Origin: an uncultured Verrucomicrobiales bacterium
Lineage (GTDB): Bacteria > Verrucomicrobiota > Verrucomicrobiia > Verrucomicrobiales > DEV007
Assembly: GCA_938091905.1 (NCBI GenBank)
Contig: CALKOM010000190.1
Span: 1-29,451, forward strand
Length of the DNA: 29,451 nt
Direction: 5' to 3'
Part shown: positions 1 to 8,335 of the stretch, piece after piece
Position numbering within the stretch: position 1 is the first letter of the stretch
Layout: every line of letters starts with the position of its first letter
Position numbers and translations under genes: made by a program
The notes under the pieces: model-generated
The model's database searches: none
Seen by the model: the letters and a program-made list of their open reading frames with translations, nothing else
What the model was told of the DNA's origin: nothing

Positions 1-154
1 ACTATGGTTCTAACAAACGGGCGGTGGGAACAGTTTTGGCAGAAACTCTCGCAATTTGGTTTCACCAAGATCTCTGGACCAGCGGAAGCCTAGATGCTCA
101 AATTGACAATATCCCCTACATTGAGCTTAAAGACATCCAATTGAGGTCGCACCC
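1..154 (+). mobile_element. Right end of an ISKra4-family-like insertion sequence: transposase C-terminus (1-93) plus terminal sequence ending ...GAGGTCGCACCC at 154
   Basis: Frame +1 reads TMVLTNGRWEQFWQKLSQFGFTKISGPAEA* (TAG 91-93). This resembles ISKra4 transposase C-termini as I recall them (..LVLT..RW.QFW.K..Q.GF). Similarity to the adjacent beta-helix gene stops exactly at the GGGTGCGACC boundary (154/155). Confidence 0.62.
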
Positions 155-1064
155 TTCTCGAATGTCCCGTGCTTAACCCGCCAACAGAAGAAGATACCGT
201 CCTGGCCATTATTACGTGCGATATTGGCCGTTAGCTTTGGGCGCTGTGAGCCACTGCGGGGATGAAAAGCCCAAGATGGGTGTTTCCGTCGCTGATGCAG
301 TTCTTTACAGTGACGTCGTTCGACTGTTGGAAGCTGATACCGTCTCCGCGGTAGTTCTTAACATGGCAACCGTCGATGATCGTTCCAAACCCGCGATAAA
401 AAAAGATGCCGCCACCACGGCATCCATTCAGGTAGCCATTGTTCTCTTTGTTTCCGTCGATCGTGAGATTCTTTAGCTCTGCTCCATCAAGATCATAGCC
501 ACTGATGACCCGAAAGAAAGTGGGCGCATAGGCACCATTGTTGATCATGCAGTCGGCGTTCAGCGGTTTGTCGATCGAGAACGTGTCCCCACGTTTGCCC
601 GTGATGCGCGCCACAACGGAGTGAAACCCACCAGCGATGTCATCATCCACTGTGACACCATATCCGATGTCGAATCCAGTCGGATCTTTGAGAGTAATTT
701 GTTCCTCGCCGAAATCTCCGTCGATCAACAACAAGGAGCGGGAGCCCTTGGCCTTCTTGAGGATGGTTGATCCTGAAACTCCTACGACTCTGACATTCGA
801 ACGTAAATGGAGCGAGTCATGCATGAGGTATTCACCCGCGCCGATCCGGACTGTCCCACCGCCAAGGTTACCAATGTAGTCGACCGCCGCTTAGAGAGCC
901 CGGTTATCTTTGCCAATGATCGTGGCCTCTGTAGCTCCTACTGAAATGCTTGGCAGATCGCTCACAGGCGTGTGCATCTTTCGAGGTAGCTGGCCGGGCT
1001 GATCTGCGATCAAGGGCATCTGGATAAGCAAGCACGAAAGAAGCAGGCAAAAACGAGCAGCTAT
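155..1064 (-). pseudogene. Disrupted secreted right-handed parallel beta-helix (pectin lyase-like) protein
   Basis: The frame of ORF 231-824 extends upstream through a TAA at 891-893 (GKDNRAL*AAVDYIGNLGGGTVRIG) to a signal-peptide-like N-terminus starting at ATA (1064-1062). A frameshift in the T-run at 265-268 restores HPRSGSQRP...NNGQDGIFFCWRVKHGTFE. The gene is cut at 155 by the IS end. Beta-helix coil motifs include LTIDGN, GDGISFQ and VTVKNCIS. Confidence 0.8.
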
Positions 1065-1210
1065 GACTGCTTTATCCTACACGATTCGGCCTCGAGACCG
1101 AAGCTCGATTTAGCAAGTAAGCCGTTCTGACACTCGCCTGTGCCTCAGATCGCTTTCATATTGAACGCGTCGCAGAATTCAGGCACTAAAGCCGTCGAAA
1201 GGATGTCTAT

Positions 1211-2128
1211 TTGAAAGAGAAACTCACCTCACTCCACCAACGCCTTACCCAGACGGTTCTGGGATCAGAAGAGCCAACCTATCTCGTCATCGTCGCGCTG
1301 CTCGCTAGCGGGCATGCGTTGATCCAGGGCGCGCCAGGTATCGGCAAGACTTCTTTAGCTAAAACCTTAGCTCAATCTATCACTGGGACGTTCAAACGGA
1401 TCCAGTTCACGCCGGATCTTCTCCCGGCCGATATCTTGGGCTACTCCATGTATCATCAGGGCAGTGGCCAGTTTCATTTCATTGAAGGACCTGTTTTCAG
1501 CAACGTGCTCTTGGCTGACGAGATCAATCGCACGAGCCCACGCATTCAAAGCGCTTTGCTGGAGTGCATGAACGAGGGGCAGGTCTCGATCGACGGTGTC
1601 ACGCGTACGCTTCAAAAGCCCTTCATGGTCCTTGCTACGCAGAACAACCGCTACTCTTCCGGCACCTTTCCTTTACCGGAACCACAATTGGATCGCTTCA
1701 TTGTCTCGGTCAACATGCGATTGCCAGACCTTGGGACCCAAACGGACATTCTCCGACTGCATGCAGAAAGCAGTCCAGACCGAGAGCATTTCCCCATCCT
1801 CTCGGCAGAAGAACTCACAGCACTTCAAAGTGAAGTGGAACAGATGCCCGTGAATGAGAATGTCTGTCGTTACATTGCCGAGATCTGCGAGGCTGCACGG
1901 GTACACAAGTCGCTCGCTGGCAGTCTATCTGCCCGCGCATCCATTGCGCTCATGCGCGCTTCCCAGGCCGTGGCCTACCTTGAAGGGCATGCTGCGGTCC
2001 ATCCAGATGACGTAAAGCGAATCTCCATCCCTGTACTACAGCACCGAATGGGCTCGCGAGACTCAGGTAGTGCCAAGAATACACGCGTCGCCCTCGAAGA
2101 CGTCCTCCTAAACACACCAGTGGCCTAA
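1211..2128 (+). CDS. moxR: MoxR-family AAA+ ATPase
   Basis: Walker A GAPGIGKT, RIQFTPDLLPADI, Walker B LLADEINR, ATQN, FPLPEPQLDRF; TTG start. Confidence 0.95.
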   Translation: MKEKLTSLHQRLTQTVLGSEEPTYLVIVALLASGHALIQGAPGIGKTSLAKTLAQSITGTFKRIQFTPDLLPADILGYSMYHQGSGQFHFIEGPVFSNVLLADEINRTSPRIQSALLECMNEGQVSIDGVTRTLQKPFMVLATQNNRYSSGTFPLPEPQLDRFIVSVNMRLPDLGTQTDILRLHAESSPDREHFPILSAEELTALQSEVEQMPVNENVCRYIAEICEAARVHKSLAGSLSARASIALMRASQAVAYLEGHAAVHPDDVKRISIPVLQHRMGSRDSGSAKNTRVALEDVLLNTPVA

Positions 2129-2137
2129 TTAGCCACC

Positions 2138-3286
2138 ATGGCCACCCACTTCACACCCCGCGGCCCCCAGAAATCGGGCCCTCGCCTGACAAATCGCGGT
2201 ATCGTCTTGGCGGCAGTCTCCGTCCTGTCAATCTTGATTGGAGCCTTCCTTCAAGAGCGCGTAGTGACTCAGCTGGGCCTATTTGCTCTCTTGCTCATGC
2301 TCATGTCGGCCCTGCTCTGCTGGCTAAATGTGAAGAAGCTAGAGATCGTAAGACTGGCACCATCAGCCACCCACGCCATGACAGACTTTCGGATTGAACT
2401 GGTGGTGACCAATCGAAAGCCGTGGCTCGATAGCTTTGCACTCGAATTGGAAGATTCCCTGCTGCCGTACGCAAACAGAGGCTTGCTCGCCAATTGGATT
2501 CGTTCGAACGGACATTGTCGCATGGCCTTCGTCACCCGCCTAGTGAAGCGCGGCGTTCTTGAGCAGGCTTCAGTCACTATCTCCTCCAGCTTTCCGTTCG
2601 GTCTTTGTCAGATTTCAGAACGCCGACGGCTTCACTCCCACATCGTTGTTTATCCCCGGGCAATCACACCAAAGCGTCTCGATTACCACTACGATAGCGA
2701 CTACTTAGAAGGCGTGACGGAGGCAGTGCTCACACGCGAGCTTTCAGGGGATCTGCACGGCATCCGCGAGTTTCAGCATGGCGATCCTATCAAAAGCATT
2801 CATTGGCCAGCAACCGCTCGCGCAAGCCGAGTGATGATCCGCGAATTCGATCAGCCCATGCCAGAAAAGTATTCGATTGTCTTTCATTCCTACTGCCCTG
2901 AGAAGAGCCTCATCTGGCCAGATGCCTTTGAAACGAGCATGGAACTTCTTGCTGGCCTTCTCTATTTCTGCGCGAAACAACAAGTCCCTCTAGATTTCAC
3001 GGCCGCATTCAATGGCTGGCGAACCATCCAGGTCAAGGATCCTAACAATCTCAGTGAACCGCTCAGCGTACTGGCCAAAGCTGTGCATCAGCCTGACAAA
3101 TCACTCAACCGACTCATCAAAACCGTGAAGACCATGCCCGGTCAACACGGCCTATTCATCTTCAGCGAGACTCCGGTGCGTATCTGGGAACCTAAACTAC
3201 CTTCGCTCCCTCGCCCGGTAACCTGCCTCGACAACACCGATGTCCAAGTTCGCACGCCAATCTTCGGTGTCGGACAACATTCATGA
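2138..3286 (+). CDS. DUF58 domain membrane protein (MoxR-associated)
   Basis: Two N-terminal hydrophobic helices, S.FPFGL motif and DUF58 signature DLHGIREFQHGDPIKSIHWPATAR; directly downstream of moxR. Confidence 0.9.
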   Translation: MATHFTPRGPQKSGPRLTNRGIVLAAVSVLSILIGAFLQERVVTQLGLFALLLMLMSALLCWLNVKKLEIVRLAPSATHAMTDFRIELVVTNRKPWLDSFALELEDSLLPYANRGLLANWIRSNGHCRMAFVTRLVKRGVLEQASVTISSSFPFGLCQISERRRLHSHIVVYPRAITPKRLDYHYDSDYLEGVTEAVLTRELSGDLHGIREFQHGDPIKSIHWPATARASRVMIREFDQPMPEKYSIVFHSYCPEKSLIWPDAFETSMELLAGLLYFCAKQQVPLDFTAAFNGWRTIQVKDPNNLSEPLSVLAKAVHQPDKSLNRLIKTVKTMPGQHGLFIFSETPVRIWEPKLPSLPRPVTCLDNTDVQVRTPIFGVGQHS

Positions 3287-5487
3287 TCGGTTCACGCACT
3301 CCGTTGGTATTGGTCACGCTGCTCCTGTTTGGAAGCGGTGCGCTCTTGCTTCTTCTGGGCAACGCCTTGGCTATCCTTGTAGCGTTCGTTGCCGTACTGG
3401 CATCCTCACTGTTCTGCGGAGGCACCAGTTCACGATCCGCATGGGTATGCAGTCTAGGGGCTATCGGCATCTTCCTAGCAGGCACACCCCTCGCTGGGGC
3501 AGCACCCGAAGGCATTCTTATCAGTGCCGTGATGGCTTTGTATTTCGTCTGTTTCGTCCAGCAACTCAAAGTTACTCCGCCCGATGCTACTTCGCCAACC
3601 GGCCCTTACACGCTAACTTTCTATGGCACGCTCCTCCTGGCCTACCTACTCTTACAGAATCGCCTCTTTCACTTTCCTTTCGTCCTAGCCATCTTTCTCG
3701 CGTCGATTTTTATCCTGTTGAGTTTGGCCCTGTGGGAAGTGGGGCGTCGGAGTCGACTGGCTCAAGCCGGTCAGCTTGAGAACCCAACACTTCCTGACTG
3801 GCTCAGCCGCGCCTGTGTCCTTGCTGCCCTGCTATTGGCCACCTTCCTCCTCTTTCGACTTCCTTTGCCCTGGATGGCAAATAACACGCTCAACATGGCT
3901 CGCGAGTTGAATCTCACCGCGAGCCCACCGTCATCCCACGACAAAAGTCGCCGCAATAAAGAAAGGACCGAATGGAACTCAGGCAGCGATCCCTTGGATA
4001 CAAGCAACGACGCTTCAAATGAAAATCAAGAGGGTGCCGGAGATACCTCTTGGAGCCGCGGCAGCCTTCCAAAGACAGCAAACCTGGAACTCAGAGATCT
4101 CGCTCGCCTCCATTTAGAGCTACCAGACCAGGAACATGCCAATCACGTATTTGGAACAACATTGTATGTACGCGCCCACACCCTCGGTATATATGGGAAG
4201 GGCGGTTGGGAAAGAGCTGAGCAACAAGGCCGCTGGATATCCGACGAGGAAGACGGTATTCAAGATGGCTGGGTCACCTTTGGTCAGGCTCCACCAGATC
4301 AGGTTATCCATCAGAGACTCTATCTCTATCATCACCTCACGGGGGGAGGCTTGCTAAGCCTAACAAACACCCTCGCATTCAAAGGCCCTCAAGTGTTTCG
4401 TCAGGGGGACGACTTTCTATCGTTTCGTCAGGGTGGCGACGTGACCTATGACCTCGTCTCCGCCCCCATTCACTACGAGGATATCGTCAAAGAGAACGTG
4501 CTCGAACCCGGCGACGCCCCCAATCACTTCTCACAGAAGGCGCAAGGGGTGACATTTCGGGACATTGACAACCTACTCCTTGGCCGAGCCTTGAAAGGCG
4601 ACATGACCCTGAAGCAAATGCTGCGAAGCATCCGGCAACTGTTTGAGAGCGAATTCACCTACAGTCTTCGGATAGACAATCCGGATAATCGCGATCCTCT
4701 GGCAAACTTTCTCTTTCACGAGAAGGCGGGCTACTGCGACTTCTTTGCCCAGGCTGGTGCCCACATCCTGAGAGCAGTTGGCGTGCCTTCCCGAGTTGCT
4801 TACGGCTATGCTGGCGGCGTCTATGATCCCACGCAAGACCTCTACACGTTTCGCGAAAGCGATGCCCACTCCTGGACCGAAATGTTTCTCAAAGAATATG
4901 GGTGGGTTATCTTCGATCTTGTGCCTGTAGGAGAAGGGTCTCATCGAGCAGCCGAAATCAGTCAGAATGGGCAGGAAATCGGCGATCCCATTCGCCGCTT
5001 CAAAGAAGCAGAAGAGGCGCGGAAGCGACGCGCGGGCGAATCCAATCAGACATCTCTCAGCCTCATGACAGACTGGGAAGGTTGGTTTGAGGGGCTCTGG
5101 GTCGCACGCTACCTCGACACGCTCCTCGGAATTGCAGTATTAGGGCTGCTCCTGGCCTATGCTGTTAGACGATGGCGCCTTCGAGGGACTATTGAGCAAG
5201 AGGGCGACGGATCCTCCATAGCGCTTCGATCAGAGCCTCCTGGATACCTTAAGGATTTCTGCGCTCTCTTTGGAAATCGTGGTTACCGACGCGCGCCAGG
5301 CCAAACGCTGCGTGAATACATGACGCATTTAAAAGAATCCGCGCAAATCCGCGACGAATTTGAGCATCTCCTAGAATATCACTACTCGACTAATTACGAA
5401 GGGGGAAGCCGATCTAAATCACGGGAGAGTGGCTTTAGAAGGGAAATTCGCGACTTCGCCGCCAGCAGTGGTCTTCAGCGGGGCTAA
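3283..5487 (+). CDS. Membrane-anchored transglutaminase-like protein (TgpA-like, with a DUF4129-like tail)
   Basis: Multiple N-terminal TM helices; intact Cys-His-Asp motifs GYCDFFA, DAHSWTE and GWVIFD; late TM helix followed by PGQTLREY; ATGA overlap with the DUF58 stop. Confidence 0.9.
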   Translation: MIGSRTPLVLVTLLLFGSGALLLLLGNALAILVAFVAVLASSLFCGGTSSRSAWVCSLGAIGIFLAGTPLAGAAPEGILISAVMALYFVCFVQQLKVTPPDATSPTGPYTLTFYGTLLLAYLLLQNRLFHFPFVLAIFLASIFILLSLALWEVGRRSRLAQAGQLENPTLPDWLSRACVLAALLLATFLLFRLPLPWMANNTLNMARELNLTASPPSSHDKSRRNKERTEWNSGSDPLDTSNDASNENQEGAGDTSWSRGSLPKTANLELRDLARLHLELPDQEHANHVFGTTLYVRAHTLGIYGKGGWERAEQQGRWISDEEDGIQDGWVTFGQAPPDQVIHQRLYLYHHLTGGGLLSLTNTLAFKGPQVFRQGDDFLSFRQGGDVTYDLVSAPIHYEDIVKENVLEPGDAPNHFSQKAQGVTFRDIDNLLLGRALKGDMTLKQMLRSIRQLFESEFTYSLRIDNPDNRDPLANFLFHEKAGYCDFFAQAGAHILRAVGVPSRVAYGYAGGVYDPTQDLYTFRESDAHSWTEMFLKEYGWVIFDLVPVGEGSHRAAEISQNGQEIGDPIRRFKEAEEARKRRAGESNQTSLSLMTDWEGWFEGLWVARYLDTLLGIAVLGLLLAYAVRRWRLRGTIEQEGDGSSIALRSEPPGYLKDFCALFGNRGYRRAPGQTLREYMTHLKESAQIRDEFEHLLEYHYSTNYEGGSRSKSRESGFRREIRDFAASSGLQRG

Positions 5488-5527
5488 CCGCCCTAACAAA
5501 TTATTCAAAGCCGGTATGATTTTAAAT

Positions 5528-5548
5528 TGATAAATTATATATTTATCA
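5528..5548. promoter_or_regulatory. Perfect 8-5-8 inverted repeat (putative operator) in an AT-rich intergenic region
   Basis: TGATAAAT-tatat-ATTTATCA, ending 17 nt before the likely ATG at 5566; the spacer is far more AT-rich than the flanking genes. Confidence 0.5.
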
Positions 5549-5565
5549 GCATTATAAACAACATC

Positions 5566-6630
5566 ATGAGTCTCCGTGTGCTGATCCTTACTTCTCTACT
5601 GACTGGCTGGCCCTCCTCAGGCATCGCACAGACAACAAGTTCCACTCCTCCGATTGGTTTCATCAGGAAGGATTGTCCAGCCAACTCCGACACACGGGTA
5701 TCCATACCACTCGAACGTCAGGCAGTCTATATTGGCCCAGTACAAGAAGCATCTAGCAATGTTATTACTGTGCAAGGTAGCCCGTGGACGGACGACGAAT
5801 TTAAGTTTGCCGCGGGCACTCAAGACGAGAGTTACTATGTACTCGTTCTTTCCGGTGCCAACGCCGGACGCAACTACGACGTCACCAGCAATAGTTCCAA
5901 TACGCTTACTGTGGATGTGGGAACTGATTCTCTAGACTCGATTTCGATTGGAGACCGGATCAAACTTCTCCCTCATTGGACGCTATCAGCAGCGTTCCCT
6001 TCGGGTAGCGGTGTCGATCCTTCTACCAATGTTCTTCAGCGTAGGACCGAGCTCCTTGTCCAAGATGATAAGAAGGTTGGAATCAATAACTCCTCGGTCG
6101 AAACCTTTTACTACACACAAGCAAGTTCCTGGCAAGGACTCAACAGCGGAGCTGCAGACGCAGCGGTCCTTCCTCCTCACAAAGCACTCGTCGTTCGCAA
6201 CAGTAGTTTGGCAACATCGCCCGTCTTTGTTGGTGTGGTTCCTTCCGCAACCCAAACCCTCGTCCTTCGCATTCCTGCAGGCGGCCAGGACAAGCAGCAA
6301 GACAATCCCGTGTCTTTGCTTCGGCCCGTTCCCGTTAAACTTAATGACAGTGGATTAGACGACACCGTTTTCCGACCATCGTCGCTTCCTATCAGTCGAA
6401 CCGATGAAATACTTGTCTTCGACGACGACGCCGAGGCGATCAACAAGTCATCGAAGTTCACTTACTACAAGTGGGCAGGCAAATGGCGCCGTCTCGATCG
6501 GGATGCAGATTATGATGCAGGTGAAGAAGAGATTTTCACACCTGGAACTGGGGTCATCATCCGAAAATCAGGCACTGGTGCCGCTACCGAGCAGGTCGTC
6601 TACTGGACTCACGAAGATCCTACTCTGTAA
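5566..6630 (+). CDS. TIGR02597-family-like secreted protein (Verrucomicrobia)
   Basis: Signal peptide MSLRVLILTSLLTGWPSSGIA (ATG 5566 preferred over TTG 5527); TPPIGF...NSDTRVSIPLER and PHWTL motifs; internal repeat TELLVQDDKKVGINNSS..FYY / DEILVFDDDAEAINKSS..YY. Confidence 0.75.
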   Translation: MSLRVLILTSLLTGWPSSGIAQTTSSTPPIGFIRKDCPANSDTRVSIPLERQAVYIGPVQEASSNVITVQGSPWTDDEFKFAAGTQDESYYVLVLSGANAGRNYDVTSNSSNTLTVDVGTDSLDSISIGDRIKLLPHWTLSAAFPSGSGVDPSTNVLQRRTELLVQDDKKVGINNSSVETFYYTQASSWQGLNSGAADAAVLPPHKALVVRNSSLATSPVFVGVVPSATQTLVLRIPAGGQDKQQDNPVSLLRPVPVKLNDSGLDDTVFRPSSLPISRTDEILVFDDDAEAINKSSKFTYYKWAGKWRRLDRDADYDAGEEEIFTPGTGVIIRKSGTGAATEQVVYWTHEDPTL

Positions 6631-6669
6631 AAGCTCACTCATTTCCTTCCACATCTCCCATTCACTCCA

Positions 6670-7389
6670 ATGAACGCTTCACTCATTTCTAACTTCTCCC
6701 GCAAAGCTGCGATCGTCGTTGCTAGTGTTCTATGCATAGCACCTGTGGCCCAGGGGTTTACACTTCAACCCGGGCTCGGGGCTCTCACGGACAAAGACGG
6801 CAATGATATTGCGGCAGACAGTCTCGTTATCATCGTCGTCGACTTATCAGGTGACGGCGTTAGTCATCCGACTACCGATGCATTCACCCCTGGTCCAGAC
6901 GATTTCGTTCTTGGCGCCCTTGGGGCAAAGCCGTTCACTGGACTTGGCACACTCGCTTCAGGTGTGGTCAATGGAGACATCGGATTCACCTTATCCGATG
7001 GAATCACCATCGATAGTGGAGATTCTGTGTCTCTCTTCTGGTTTCCTGAACTGACAGCGACCAACTTTTTAAGCGACAGTGACGCGAATGGTAACGGCTT
7101 CGATGATGATTTAGATATGTCAATGACTCCTGGTGACACCACCTTTGGAGCCTATAATACCACAGGTTCGCTCCCTTCTGGAGGTTCCCTTGACCCAAGC
7201 TGGGTTGTTCCTGATGGGAACGGCGATACCGTGCCTATATCAGGTGTAGGCGTCGGCATTGGAGGGACAATACCGGATTATCTCCTCGCGGCAGCTTTCA
7301 AAACCTCAACAGCAGCGATACCCGAACCTTCATCTGCAATCCTTGCTCTCTTTGGGTGCTCATTCCTTCTTTTGCGGCGACGTAAGTAA
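6670..7389 (+). CDS. PEP-CTERM sorting-signal surface protein
   Basis: N-terminal signal peptide; acidic, Gly/Ser/Thr-rich body; C-terminus IPEPSS + hydrophobic helix + RRRK. Confidence 0.93.
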   Translation: MNASLISNFSRKAAIVVASVLCIAPVAQGFTLQPGLGALTDKDGNDIAADSLVIIVVDLSGDGVSHPTTDAFTPGPDDFVLGALGAKPFTGLGTLASGVVNGDIGFTLSDGITIDSGDSVSLFWFPELTATNFLSDSDANGNGFDDDLDMSMTPGDTTFGAYNTTGSLPSGGSLDPSWVVPDGNGDTVPISGVGVGIGGTIPDYLLAAAFKTSTAAIPEPSSAILALFGCSFLLLRRRK

Positions 7390-7425
7390 CTCCGCAGCCT
7401 GTCTATTTGTGATCCAGTTCTAGCT

Positions 7426-8259
7426 ATGAGCCTTAACAGACTTCTAATTTCATTCACCTCATTCCTTCTTTTGACGTCTGCGAGTTCGGCTGCGACGTTC
7501 AACTTGGCTGGTGACTGGCTTGCTGATGAGCAGGGCACTCAAGGCATTCCTAACGGATCGTTAATCATGCTTATCGCGAGCACGAAAGACGGTGAATTCT
7601 CGGCTCCATCCAGCGCAGGATATGCTAGACCAGACTCGGACGATATTGTCATCGGAACGTTCACGGCAAACGACGCCAGTGGCCTCTTGAATCGTGGCTC
7701 TTACACCGGCACGATTCAGGCAAACTATGGCGATGCCAGTAACGGACTTCATGAATTCGACGCAGGAGATCCGCTGCTCATCCGCTGGTTCCCTACGCTT
7801 ACCAACGACAATCTTGAGAATGTTCCTACGGGGGCAGTGCCTTACGGAGAGTTTAGAAGCGACAATGTCTTGGTTGGAAGCAATAGTGCTTGGATTGCCC
7901 CTGACTCTAATGGCGCCACAGTTAATTTGACTATTTCTGCGGCTGCAGTCGGGAATCGCTACAATCCCAATGGTGTCATCTCTATTGGGCAACTTCTCGC
8001 CGGCCAACTGTTGAAAGATGCCATTCTCGAAACTGCTCAAGCACAGCTTGAAATTGCCTCAATTGCTGGTGGAGCGCTATCCCTGAGCTGGCCCCTTCTC
8101 GACGGCGCGAATCCAGTCGGTCGCCTCCAGCAAAGCGGTAACCTTATTAATTGGTCTGAAATTCCTGTGAAAGTGGATCTCTCGACTGAAGGGGTGGCAA
8201 GGGCTAGCATACAACCCGAAGCACGTGGCACTGTGTTTTACCGCATCGCTTCCGAGTAG
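7426..8259 (+). CDS. Secreted paralogue of the upstream PEP-CTERM protein with a different C-terminal domain (LSW...LQQSGNLINW...FYRI)
   Basis: Signal peptide. Collinear shared motifs with 6670-7389: SL(V/I), DD.V.G, GD....WFP.LT, W..PD.NG.TV. No PEP-CTERM signal. Confidence 0.8.
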   Translation: MSLNRLLISFTSFLLLTSASSAATFNLAGDWLADEQGTQGIPNGSLIMLIASTKDGEFSAPSSAGYARPDSDDIVIGTFTANDASGLLNRGSYTGTIQANYGDASNGLHEFDAGDPLLIRWFPTLTNDNLENVPTGAVPYGEFRSDNVLVGSNSAWIAPDSNGATVNLTISAAAVGNRYNPNGVISIGQLLAGQLLKDAILETAQAQLEIASIAGGALSLSWPLLDGANPVGRLQQSGNLINWSEIPVKVDLSTEGVARASIQPEARGTVFYRIASE

Positions 8260-8335
8260 TCCTTCAGCTGCTTCCAGCGGTTGCCCACACAAGGGACTCT
8301 CTTGACAGACATCGCCTCCCATACGAGGCAAGTTG

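Noticed and set aside
2132..2141. Perfect Kozak sequence GCCACCATGG at the DUF58 start
   Set aside because: The context is a bacterial operon; a single match is best explained by chance.
4395..4440. 12-bp direct repeat GTTTCGTCAGGG with 27-nt period
   Set aside because: Only two copies, in frame within the transglutaminase CDS (FRQG..FRQG); not a CRISPR or regulatory array.
5527..5565. TTG-start N-terminal extension of the TIGR02597-like ORF
   Set aside because: It runs through the AT-rich palindromic spacer; ATG 5566 gives a clean signal peptide.
8302..8335. TTGACA -35 hexamer upstream of the flavin reductase
   Set aside because: No convincing -10 element at 16-18 nt spacing.
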